Assembly: GCF_006345805.1 (NCBI RefSeq)
Contig: NC_042998.1
Coordinates: forward strand, 34,472,001-34,536,000
Source of the DNA: Octopus sinensis
Taxonomy: Eukaryota
Length of the DNA: 64,000 nt
Direction: 5' to 3'
The position numbers were made by a program, and so were the translations under genes. How positions within the stretch are numbered: the stretch's first letter is position 1; the number at the start of each line of letters is the position of its first letter. Under the pieces are notes generated by a model. It had not been told where the DNA came from and made no database searches. It saw only the letters and a list, made by a program, of their open reading frames with translations. This document shows, in pieces, positions 24,681 to 37,095 of the stretch.

Positions 24681-25374
24681 TCCAGACATGGCAGCTAGAG
24701 AAAGATGTTCGTTTAAGAACACTGCATTTAATTAAGAAAATTATTACCTTATTATAATATGCAGCCCACCCTGTTGCAGTGTTCATACTATCTCTTGGAT
24801 TTTCAAAGCTTTGCCGTTTCCTTTGACATTGCTAGAATTTTGGTGTTGAATTGAAAAGAATACTTCATAAAAGATAAAGTTAAAATAAATAACCTTGTTT
24901 AAATAGAATCTCTTCCTGTTAGTGATGGTAAGAACGTGTGATAGGTTAGTGTACTATTTCAGTGATGTAATTTATGAATACCATATTGATTTCTTCATAT
25001 AGGGTTTGAAGAGGAAAAAAATCAATACAGAAAAGATGTAGTAATCAGAAATACCATTAGCTTCAGTTTTTGGAATTCTCATAGACTATAAATCATACTA
25101 TGTGGCAATTAGGATAGACTATGGTTAGCAGTAGAAGCTGTAATGATAGCAGTAATAGTTGCTGTTGTCGTAGCATATGCTAGAATAGAGGTGATGCTAA
25201 AAGTTACAACTAAATGAAGATTAATATATATATATCTGTGTGTACATATGTGTGTATCTCTCTCTCTCTCCATATATATATGTATTTATATGCATGTATT
25301 TACAAGTGTATATCTATATACATATGCCTATATATATATGTGTATATACACACACACACACATGTATGAATATG

Positions 25375-25407
<33 letters not shown>

Positions 25408-25811
25408 ATATATACTATATATCTATTCTTTTATTCTTTTACTTGTTTCAGTCATCAGACTGTGGCAATGCTGGAGCACCGCCTTTAGTCGAGTAAATCG
25501 ACCCCAGGACTTATTCTTTGTAAGCCGAGTATTTATTCTACCGGTCTCTTTTGCCGAACTGCTAAGTTAGGGGTACATAAACACACCAGTATTGGTTGTC
25601 AAGCAATGGTGGGGCGACAAGCAAACAAACACACACACACACATATATGTGATGGGCTTCTTCCAGTTTCCGTCTATCAAATCCATTCACAAGGCTTTGG
25701 TCTGCCCGAGGCTACAGTAGAAGACACTTGCTGAAGGTGCCACACAGTGGGACTGAACCCAGAACCATGTGGTTGGTAAGCAAGTTACTTACCAAACAGC
25801 CACACCTGCGC

Positions 25812-25850
<39 letters not shown>

Positions 25851-26116
25851 TATATTATGTATATACTGTATGTTACATATATGTATTACATGTATATGTA
25901 TATTACACTGAGACACACCGTACATAGTTTCAGTCATTTGACTCTGGCCATGCTGCAGCACTACCGTGAGAAATTTTAGTTGAATGAATCAATCCTGGTA
26001 CTTTTTTTTTAAAGCTTGGTGCTTATATTATTGGACTGTTTTGCCAAACCAAGTGGTGGGTAGGGACAAACAGACACACACAGATATGTATATATCTCAC
26101 TGTTTATTTCTGTGTT

Positions 26117-26235
26117 CCTTTCTGTCGAAGAGCATAAGCTTGAAATATAAAAACTTTCTCCCCTTCCGAGAGTTAAACTAATGTATGTTTGTTGTTTACA
26201 CACCCGTCTTCGTCTTTTGTTTTTTTGTAAATTCT

Positions 26236-26240
<5 letters not shown>
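26117..26240 (+). mobile_element. Family HH2 copy with decayed hammerhead
   Basis: cttt-CTGTCGA-agagcataagctt-GAAAT-ata followed by the same tail as 10512-10610. Confidence 0.6.
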
Positions 26241-26280
<40 letters not shown>

Positions 26281-26486
26281 ATGTGTGTGTGTGTGTGTGT
26301 ATACATACATCTTATATATATATATACACACACATACATCTTATATATACACACATCTTATATATATATATACATCTTATATATATATATATACCTACCT
26401 CTGGTATTCGGGTTCTATTTATTCCACCTTGTTTCACATTTATGTGCATATATATATATCATCATCATCATATATATATATATAAT

Positions 26487-26743
26487 AAATGGGGAAGGCC
26501 ATTTTATGGGATTACTTTAGGCTTCCCGTCCATAAATGGTTTAGCTTAATGGCGTATCGTCAGATCCCAAAAACCTGTTGACCCATGACCTCTCAAAAAT
26601 ATGGTAGGGTTGTTTGTTTTTTCTCTCTCTTCTTTAAGAGGTCTTGGGTCAACAGGTTTTGCGATCTGACAATATGCCATAAAGCTAAACCCTTTATGGA
26701 CAGGAAACCTAAGGCAATCCCATAAACCGGCCTTCCCCATTTT
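26487..26743. mobile_element. Palindromic element (arms about 107 bp)
   Basis: Arms 26487-26593 / 26637-26743, diverged. Each arm contains gat-CTGAC(G/A)A-ta(c/t)gccat(t/a)aagc-TAAAC. Confidence 0.65.
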
Positions 26744-27764
26744 TAATATATATTGCACTACATCTTAGAGTGTGATTCTTCTATCTATCTATCTATATAT
26801 ATATATATATACATATATCATCATCATCATCATCATCATCGTTTAGCGTCCGCTTACCATGCTAGCATGGGTTGGACGGTTCAACTGGGGTCTGGGAAGC
26901 CAGGAGGCTGCGCCATCCCAGTCTTATCTGGCAGTGTTTCTACGGCTGGATGCCCTTCCTAACGCCAACCACTCCGTGAGTGTAGTGGGTGCTTTTTACG
27001 TGCCACCTGCACAGGTGTCAGACGAAGCAGGCAAAAGGCCACAATCGGATGGTGCATTTTATGTGCCACCAGCACGGAGGCCAGTCGGGGCGGCACTGGT
27101 ATCACAGCTACAATTTCCATTGATGTTGATCAATATATATATACACACACACACACATATATATATACAGCAAGTTTCTTTCAGTTTCCATGTACCAAAT
27201 CCACTCACAAGGCTTTGGCCTGCCTGAGGCTTCAGTAGAAGACACTTGCTTAAGGTGTCACACAGTGGGACTGAACCTGGAACCATGTGGTTAGGAAGCA
27301 AACATCCTACCACTCAGCCACACCTGATGTTACATATGTATATCATGCCTAAATATTACACTCTTTTACTCTTTTCAGTCATTTGACTGTGGCCATGCTG
27401 GAGCACCGCCTTTGGTCGAGCAATTCGACCCCAGAACTTATTCTTTGTAAGTCTAGTACTTATTCTATTGGTCTCTTTTGCCGAACCGCTAAGTTACGGG
27501 GACGTAAACACACCAGCATCGGTTGTCAAGCGATGTTGGGGAGACAAACACAGACACAAACTTATACACACACACACACACATACATATATACATATATA
27601 CGACAGGCTTCTTTCAGTTTCCGTCTACCAAATCCGCTCACAAGGCTTTGGTTGCCTGAGGCTATAGTAGAAGAAACTTGCCCAATGTGGCATGGAGTGG
27701 GACTGAACCCGGAACCATGTGGTTCGTAAGCAAGCTACTTACCACACAACCACTCCTATATATA

Positions 27765-27807
<43 letters not shown>

Positions 27808-28254
27808 ATATATCATATATTGTATGTAATATATTAAATATCATATATAGGAGTGGCTGTGTGGTAAGAAGCTTGCTTCCCAACCATATGGTTCAAGGTT
27901 CAGTCCCACTGTGTGGCACCTTGATCAAGTGTCTTCTAGTTTAGCCTCGGGCCAACCAAAGCCTTGTGTGTGGATTTGGTAGATGTAAACTGAAAGATGC
28001 TGTCATATATATATGTGTGTATTTGTGTGTGTGTGCCTGCGTTTGTCGCCTCTCCATCACCTGACAACCGATGTTGGTGTGTTTACATCCTCGTAAATAA
28101 GCAGTTTGGGAAAAGAGACCGACAAAATAAGTACTAGGCTTACAAGTAATAAATCCTGGGATCAGTTTGTTCAACTAAATTCGGTGTGCCAGCGAGGCCA
28201 CTGTCAAATGACTGAAACAAGTAAAAGAATAAAAGGAGATATATATAAATATAT

Positions 28255-28400
28255 AGGGAGAATTCATGAGAAAAACAAGAGACGAGACAGGTGGTGTAGA
28301 AAACAAACAGATGTATTAGTTTAACGCTCAGGAAGTGAAAAAGTCTTTAATGTTTCGAGCCTACGCTCTTCCACAGAAACAAGGAGAGAAAAAAATGTGT
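28255..28400 (-). mobile_element. Family HH2 copy with variant hammerhead core
   Basis: Minus strand ttt-CTGTGGA-A-GAGC-gtag-GCTC-GAAAC-ATT-AAAG (28345-28379) plus the shared tail. Confidence 0.65.
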
Positions 28401-29342
28401 GTCATATATTGATATATTGTATACAATATATAATATGTATATACAAGGTATATTGCAGCGTGATACCCAAAAGATCGGTAAAGCTCTCTTGGAAGTCCTC
28501 CATGATGAGAGGGAGACAATTTAGTTAAGCAATTTGGGTCAAGATAGAAAAGAATGAAACAAAGAAGACAGAATTGTGTGTGTATATATATATATATATA
28601 TATGTATGTATATATATATTTATAGGCAGACTGATGTACATATGTGTGTATATGTACAGCATATATGTGTATGAAATAAGTATGTGGGGGGGGCATGTGC
28701 ATGGTTCCAGCTATGTCTTTATATGCTTTATTGTTTGCATGATTTTCTGTGACTAGTGGAACGTTAAAAGCACCATTCAAGCGTGGTCATTGCCAGTGCT
28801 GACAGTCTGGCTCTTGTCGCATGTAAAAAGAAACACCTTTTGAGCATGGTTGTTGCCAGTACTAGCTGACTGGCCCTCATGCAAGTGGCACATAAAAAGC
28901 ACCCACTACACTCTTGGAGTGGTTGGCATTAAGAAGGGCATCCAGCTGTAGAAACTTTACCTGATCGGACTGGAGCCTGGTGCACCCTTCTGACTCGCCA
29001 GTCCTCGGTCAAACCTCCCAACCCATGCCAGCATGGAAAGCGGACGTTAAATGACAATGATGATGATGATGATATCTGCATATATTACTGGACATAATCT
29101 ACAATGATATTTGATCATTAATTGATTATTGTTACGGATAAAAAGATTTTAGTGAAACCAATATTCAGATTACAAATGGCTCCTTTGAATACCCCCGTCT
29201 GCCATTATACCTCTTTGAAACGGATTATTGATCTGCATTAGAATGAGAAATAATTGGATAGGTATATTCAATCATTCAGTTAACTGCATTGGTGTTAAGT
29301 TGTTAAGTATAATTTGAAACTTTTATTGCCATCGTCTTGCTC

Positions 29343-29378
<36 letters not shown>

Positions 29379-30014
29379 TGCGTCTGAGATTATACTGCAC
29401 ACCCCATACCAACGATATACATATATATCATATACATATATACCATATACATATATATCATATACATATATACCATATACATATATATCATCATCATCAT
29501 CGTTGTCATCATTTAACATCCATTTTCCATGCTGGCATGGGTTGGATGGTTTGACAGGCGCTGACAAGGTCAGGAGCCACACTACATTTCATTGTCTGTT
29601 TTGGCATCGTTCTACACATGAAAACCCTTCCTAATGCCAACCATTTTCCAGAGTGTACTGAGTGCCCTTTATGATAATCCCTAAATCAACCCCACCACCC
29701 ACTCTTTTACGACTGTGGTATTGGTGTGTCTGTTCTAGACACCTATCGATGACACCTATCCATGTCCCTCTATACCTTTAATCTCTCATCAGCTGGTTCA
29801 AAGCACCCCCTCCTGACCACCACCACTACCAATACTACCCCCCACACACAGCTGGGTGGTCTTGCAAAGTATCTTGTAACTGTGTCAGTGCTGGTGCCAT
29901 GTGAAAAGCACCCAGTACATTCTATAAAGGAGTTGGTGTTATGAAGGGCATCTGGCTGTAGAAACCATGCCAAAATTGACAACTAGAGCCTGATGCAGCT
30001 CTTGGCCCTACTAA

Positions 30015-30360
30015 AGGGTAAAGACCCCCTTCAGTCATGAATCACCATGGTATTGTACCTAGAAATTTCCCTCCGATGCACAAGTCCAGGCAAGGTTGTT
30101 TATGGAAGATCAGCAATCACCCATGCATACCAGGCTCCCCCTCTCCACGCCACCGATGTTATCCAAGGGAAAAGCAAAGGGTCCAATACAGCTTGGCACC
30201 AATGTTGTTGCATCCCGTTTCTACATCTGAGTGATTGGAGCAACAAGAAATAAAGTATTTTGCACAAGAGCATAACACACAGCTCAGTCTGGGAATTGAA
30301 CTCACTACTATATGATTGGGAGCCTGATGCTTTCATCCACTGAGCTATGCATCTGGCCCT
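30015..30360 (-). mobile_element. tRNA-headed SINE with RTE-like 3' tail
   Basis: tRNA-like head near 30290-30360. The 3' end reads ...gggggtctttacccttt on the minus strand. Confidence 0.55.
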
Positions 30361-30584
30361 ATTAGCTCCTGTCACACTGTCCAACTAATGTCAGCGTGGA
30401 AAATGGATGTTAAATGATGATGTTGGTGATATACATGTTATCATCATCATCATTATTTAACATGAACTTTTCCTTGCTTGCAAAGTTTGTTGTGGCAGAT
30501 TTCTCTATGGTTAAAGCTGCCCTTCTTGTTGCAACCCTCATCTGTTTCCAAGCAAGGTAATATCATCATCATTATCATCATCGT

Positions 30585-31546
30585 TTAACATCCGCTTTCC
30601 ATGCTAGCATGGGTTGGACGGTTCAACTAGGGTCTGGGAAGCCCGAAGGCTGCACCAGGCCAGTCAGATCTGGCAGTGTTTCTACAACTGGATGCCCTTC
30701 CGTGAGTGTAGTGGGTGCTTTTTACGTGCTGCCGACACAGGTGCCAGATGAGGCTGGCGAGCGGCCACGCTCGGATGGTGCTTTTTACGTGCCACCGGCA
30801 CGGAGGCCAGGCGAGGCTGGCAACGGCCACGATCGGATGCTGTTTGTTATGTGCTAACCGGCACGGAGGCCAGTCGATGCGGTGCTGGCTACGGCCACAT
30901 AAACTGAAAGAATTCTGTATATATATAATATATATATATATGTATATCATCATCATACTCATCATCATTGTTTAACATCCATTTTCCATGCTGGCATGGG
31001 TGGGACAGTTTGACTGAGGACTGGAGAGCCAGCAGCTGCACCAATCTGATCTGGCAATGCTTCTACAGCACAGAGGCCAGTCTGAGGGCACTGGCATCGA
31101 TCTTGCTTGGACAGTGCTTTTTATGTGGCACTGGCATGAGGAACCAGGCAGCAGCACTGGCATTGACTCACGCTTGAATGGTGCTTATTACCTGCCACCA
31201 GCACAGGTGCCGAGCGAGGCTGGCAGTGGCCACGATCAGTTGGTGCTTTTTACGTGCCACTGGCACAGAAGCAAGTCAAGTCGGCGCTGGCATCAGCCAC
31301 GGTTGGATGGTGCTTTTTACGTGCCACCGGCACAAGGATCACAACTACAATTTCCATTGATTTTTGATGTTGATGTACTTGACTCAATAGGTCTTCTCAA
31401 GCACAGGGTCGAAACAGTGTTTCTTTACTTGCCACCTGCACAGGAGTCAGTCCAGCGGCACTGGCACGGCCGGGTGCCAGTCATCGATTTGGTTCAATTT
31501 CAATTGAACCAAATCCTAAATCGATATATATATAATAATATTAATA

Positions 31547-31578
<32 letters not shown>

Positions 31579-31943
31579 TGATAATAATAATAATAATAAT
31601 AATTATCATCATCATCATTTAGCGTCCGCTTTCCATGCTAGCATGGTTGGACGGTTCAACTAGGGTCTGGGAAGCCCGAAGGCTGCACCAGGCCAGTCAG
31701 ATCTGGCAGTGTTTCTACAACTGGATGCCCTTCCGTGAGTGTAGTGGGTGCTTTTTACGTGCTGCCGACACAGGTGCCAGATGAGGCTGGCGAGCGGCCA
31801 CGCTCGGATGGTGCTTTTTACGTGCCACCGGCACGGAGGCCAGGCGAGGCTGGCAACGGCCACGATCGGATGCTGTTTGTTATGTGCTACCGGCACGGAG
31901 GCCAGTCGATGCGGTGCTGGCTACGGCCACATAAACTGAAAGA

Positions 31944-31980
<37 letters not shown>

Positions 31981-32640
31981 CATCATCATACTCATCATCA
32001 TTGTTTAACATCCATTTTCCATGCTGGCATGGGTTGGACAGTTTGACTGAGGACTGGAGAGCCAGCAGCTGCACCAATCTGATCTGGCAATGCTTCTACA
32101 GCACAGAGGCCAGTCTGAGGGCACTGGCATCGATCTTGCTTGGACAGTGCTTTTTATGAGGAACCAGGCAGCAGCACTGGCATTGACTCACGCTTGAATG
32201 GTGCTTATTACCTGCCACCAGCACAGGTGCCGAGCGAGGCTGGCAGTGGCCACGATCAGTTGGTGCTTTTTACGTGCCACTGGCACAGAAGCAAGTCAAG
32301 TCGGCGCTGGCATCAGCCACGGTTGGATGGTGCTTTTTACGTGCCACCGGCACAAGGATCACAACTACAATTTCCATTGATTTTTGATGTTGATGTACTT
32401 GACTCAATAGGTCTTCTCAAGCACAGGGTCGAAACAGTGTTTCTTTACTTGCCACCTGCACAGGAGTCAGTCCAGCGGCACTGGCAACGGCCGGGTGCCA
32501 GTCATCGGATTTGGTTCAATTTCAATTGAACCAAATCCTAAATCGATATATATATATAATAATATTAATAAATAATAATAATAATGATGATAATAATAAT
32601 AATAATAATAATTATCATCATCATCATTTAGCGTCCGCTT
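30585..32640. repeat. Near-identical tandem duplication of about 1.03 kb made of family B copies
   Basis: About 30590-31620 is repeated at about 31620-32640 with only small indels (e.g. the loss near 32158). Confidence 0.85.
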
Positions 32641-32957
32641 TCCATGCTAGCATGGGTTGGACGGTTCAACTGGGGTCTGGGAAGCCAGAAGGCTGCACCA
32701 GGCCCAGTCTGATCTGGCAATGTTTCTATGGCTGGATGCCCTTCCTAACGCCAACCACTCCGTGAGTGTAGTGGGTGCTTTTCATGTGCCAGACAAGGCT
32801 GGCAAACGGCCACAATCGGATGGTGCTTTTTACGTGCCACCGGTACGGGGACCAGGTGAGGCTGGCAACGGCCACAATCGGATGGTGCTTTTTATGTGCC
32901 ACCGGCATGGGGGCCAGGTGAGGCTGGCAACGGCCACGATCGGATGGTGCTTTTTAC

Positions 32958-33004
<47 letters not shown>

Positions 33005-33158
33005 TAGATAGATAGATGTCTTTCAGTTTCTGTCTATGAAATCGTCTCACAAGGCTTTATTTATACATACATAACATAACATAAATATCACAGAAATAAT
33101 CAATAAATTTGCGTTCTTCTTTGATACCAGAAGGTTCTGTGCGCTTGTGGTTTTGGTC

Positions 33159-33297
33159 TTATATAAATGGAGGAACATTGATGTTTTCGTTAGGTTTATC
33201 CCAGCTAAATGCTAGCTGTGCTTTGAATGTTTTCAATGCCATTTCTATCTTCATTAGGCATTCACTACTAGCATTAACATTTTCTATTATTACATTA
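33159..33297 (-). CDS. Candidate terminal coding exon (NVIIENVNASSECLMKIEMALKTFKAQLAFSWDKPNENINVPPFI*), product unknown
   Basis: Acceptor with a branch-point-like motif tatGCTAACttttCAG, 45 open codons to TAA, and AATAAA on the minus strand at about 33057-33062. Confidence 0.4.
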
Positions 33298-33623
33298 CTG
33301 AAAAGTTAGCATAAATAGTTCCCATGACCAGTTCTCATATACTCTTGAAGTCTGAGATTTTTTTTTAAGGGGAAGACATACAGGAAGTTGTAATGCTTAA
33401 TTTTTTTTTCCTTACTTTTGGCTATTCTCAATAGAGGAATAGTTGTCTACTTTTCTTTTACAAAATAAATTACTGCATGAAACACTTGGTTGAGCATATT
33501 TATACTTAATAGGAAATTTTGATATAAGTCCTCAAATATCATTCTAAACTTGGCACCGTTTTTAAATGTTCATGCTTGGAATATTCTGATGACTTTTCGA
33601 TAAGAACAATAAATGAAATTTAC

Positions 33624-33647
33624 ATAAAGTGTTGTCTCAGCTTGGAA
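33624..33647 (-). CDS. Candidate 24-nt exon (SKLRQHF) in phase with 33159-33297
   Basis: Minus strand gattttctcAG|ttccaagctgagacaacactttat|GTAAAT. Confidence 0.25.
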
Positions 33648-34099
33648 CTGAGAAAATCAATTTATATTATGGCTTCTTTTGACATGGTCAGTTTCAATAT
33701 TTTATTTGGAGGCTGGAGAATATTTTCTCTGCGATGCCACATGAAATTCACAGATGATATTTGTTATCTTTATTATATTAACCCTTTTAGCTTTTAAGCT
33801 TTTAGATTCCTTTGTCAAAGGTAATGCTTCTTTATTTGCATTGTTTTAAGTTAGTCATGCATTATTTCCTGGCTCAAGATTTCAGTGGTGTGTTTGTATA
33901 TTTTTAGAACGATGTTGTAGGGTAGGTGTGAGAGGTTGGATCTGGTCAGTTTTAATGTAAAGCTGGGAGAATATTTGGGCTGGATTTGGCTGGATTAAAT
34001 ATCAAAGAATTCATGAAATGGGAGTTACAAAGTTTCAAACTAGGGTATTATAATTCACAAGTCAACTGTCAGGAAACTTAGAGTGTTAGGTAATCTGCC

Positions 34100-34285
34100 T
34101 CCTCCTCTTCCTCCTCCTCACCATCATCGTCATCATCATCTCATCATCATCACCATTGCCACCATTGTCATCATCCTCACTATCCTCATCATCCTCATTA
34201 TTATCATCATCCTCTTCCTCATCTTCATCATCCTCATCATCTTCATCATCATAATTATCCGCATCATCATCACCACCACCATCCC
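34100..34285. repeat. Degenerate (CAT)/(CCT) trinucleotide repeat
   Basis: Direct reading. Source of the Asp/Glu-rich and Ile/His-rich ORFs. Confidence 0.9.
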
Positions 34286-34824
34286 TATCGTCACACACAC
34301 CCACACAAACACACACATACACAAATATAAAAACGCACACAAACATGCAAACATACACAAACACAAACACACACAAATACACGAACATACATACACACAT
34401 GCAACACAAATGCACACACACACAGATTGCTTCAAGGATTCATTAGAATTTAGGCGCATCAACATGTAGGCTGCCAAGAATGGCTAGGTACCATAACACT
34501 GATTTCGCAATGAAATGAAAACACCCATGAGGTGTCCCATGTTAGTAATGTATTACAGGTATGCATATATATATATATATATATATAAATATAGGTACCA
34601 AGCCCAATATAAACCACAGATCCGACTCAAGGTTGGTTCCAGGTGTGGTGTAGCTATAAAAAGAACACAAATGAGGCTGGCTTCAGTAGAATTTTATTGA
34701 TGTATTTGTAGATTACATCATAGTATAAATCCACAAGGCTCTGGTGGAAGTTTAAACAGGCATAAACAGCTGAGGTAACACCTGGATGATCGCTTGTCTA
34801 ACAACCAATATGATGCATTAGTAT

Positions 34825-35190
34825 GTATATATATGTGTGTATGTGTGTGATTGTATGTATGTATATGTATGTATGTGTATGTATGTATGTGTATGTATGT
34901 ATATATATATGTATATATGTGTACTTATATATATATGTATATATGAATATATATGTATATATATGTGTATATATGTATATGTATATATATGAATATATAT
35001 GTATATATATGTGTATATATGTATATGTATATATATGAATATATATGTATATATATGTGTGTATATGTATATATATGAATATATATGTATATATATGTGT
35101 ATATATGTATATATATGAATATATATGTATATATATGTGTATATATGTATATATGTATATATATATATATGTGTGTGTGTGTGTATATAT
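34825..35190. repeat. Compound (TA)/(TATG) microsatellite
   Basis: Direct reading. Confidence 0.95.
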
Positions 35191-35446
35191 ACATCATCAT
35201 CATTTAATGTCCGTTGTCCATGCTGGCACAGGTTGGACAGTCTGACTGGGCTGGCACACTGGAAGGCTGTACCAGATTCATCTGATCTGGCAGGGTTTTC
35301 TATGGCTAGATGCCCTTCCTAATGCCAACCACTCCAAGAGTTTAATGGGTGCGTTTACCTGCCACTGGCATGGGTGGCAATTTGCGTGACACTGTTATCT
35401 GCCATGACTGCAATTTTGTTCCGCTTGATGGGTGTTCTTCTCAAAG

Positions 35447-35499
<53 letters not shown>

Positions 35500-35689
35500 A
35501 TATATACACATATATACATGTCTATATATATATACACATATATACATGTCTATATATATACACATATATACATGTCTCTATATATATATATATATAATAA
35601 TAAATATTAGGGAATAAATCCAAATTTACAGGGAAAAAAATCAGATTTAGGATTAAATCCAATTTTATAGTAAAATATTATAAAATATT

Positions 35690-36500
35690 ATTTTTGAGTG
35701 GTGTTCGTTTTGCCACGTGAATAACCGGGTGGTGGACTAGCGTTGCTTGGAATTGTGAATGGAATAGTGTAGTAGTGAGGTAGGCATAGAGAATGGGATT
35801 GGGTTACTGCAAGTTGTTTGTTAGAGCTGCTAAGGTGAGTTAAAGCTCATAAATGTATTTAATGATTTTTGTGGGTGTGTAAGTATTGTTGTATATGTCG
35901 AGTTTAGTGAGTATGTATATGCGTATATGTGAGGGAGTATATGTATCTGTTGTGTGTGCGTGTTTTGCGTGTGTGTGTGTGTTTGTGTGTGAATGTGTAT
36001 ATGGGTTTGTTATTTAGGTTTTGGGATGTATGTGTTAATTTGTCTGTGTGGGAGGGAGTGGGTTTTGGTGTATATTGAGGTTTATAAGTTAGTATAGGTA
36101 TGTGTATAAGTCGTAGGTCTGTGCTTTACGTGTGTGTATTTGTGTGTGAATGTTTAGGTTAGGGGGATTACTATATAGGTTTGTTTTAGAGTTTAGCAAA
36201 GGGAGATTTTATCGTTATATGTTTTTAAGAGTTTTGTTTTATCATGGTTTTTTTTAGGGAATTCGTGGTAATTTGTCTATATTTTCGATATGGATTATAT
36301 ATAGGTTATATATGGATTATATACTTATATTTTTCATTTATACTTTAATTATTTAAAATTATTATTTTTATATTTTAAAATTTTGATTTTTTAGATTGGA
36401 AGTCCACCTGAAGATTGTCGATCAAGACAAGAAACGATTGTAGTGGCGGTTTTTTTGACTATTTATTAAAATTTTATGTATTGATTAAGTCTTTCCTTGT
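35690..36500 (+). mobile_element. Penelope-like pseudo-LTR-type segment, strongly G+T-skewed, ending in a hammerhead
   Basis: About 700 bp almost devoid of C on the plus strand, followed by the hammerhead at 36404-36446. Confidence 0.6.
36404..36446 (+). ncRNA. Type I minimal hammerhead ribozyme with intact core
   Basis: CCAC-CTGAAGA-TTGTC-gatcaa-GACAA-GAAAC-gatt-GTA-GTGG. Helix I CCAC/GTGG, helix II 5 bp, helix III AC/GT. Predicted GUA cleavage after 36442. Confidence 0.75.
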
Positions 36501-36545
36501 TTGTTTTGCAAAATAGTGGTTTTGTCTCTAATAATATTTTATATA

Positions 36546-36602
<57 letters not shown>

Positions 36603-36904
36603 TACATGTCTACAGTTGTAGGAATCTTGTCAAATCAGACTGGAACCTGGTGCAGCCTTCCAGCTTGCCAGCTTTGGTCAAACTGTCCAACCCATGCCAG
36701 CATGGACAACGGACATTAAATCTTGAGGATGAGAACTGCATAAAAGTACTCTCCTCATTTCATCAAATCACTATTTGGGCTGAGGGAGAGTTGGCTTCTA
36801 TTTCTAGCAGCAGAGTGGCCATGAAGAGACTTCTTTGATTGGATCAACTTGTGTTTTTCAATTGGAAGGTCAATGGTTGTATTAATGGTTATATATTCAT
36901 AGCC

Positions 36905-37095
36905 GGAGGCACAATCACCCAGTGGTTAGGGCAGTGGATTCGCAGTCGTAGGATTGCGATTTTGATTCCCAGACCGGGCGTTGTGAGCGTTTATTGAGCA
37001 AAAAGATTTAAAGCTCTATGAAGCTCTGGCAGAGGTTGGTGGTGAACCCTGCTGTACTCTTTCACCACAACTTTCTCTCACTCTTTCTTCCTGTT
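36905..37095 (+). mobile_element. tRNA(Arg)-like headed SINE
   Basis: ggaggcacaatcacccagtggttagggcagtggattcgcagtcgtaggattgcgattttgattcccagaccgggcg. A minus-strand copy of the same family is at 57020-57297. Confidence 0.7.

Noticed and set aside
34086-34477. Acidic or Ile-rich ORFs suggesting a nucleolin-like or membrane protein
   Set aside because: Product of degenerate CAT/CA repeats.
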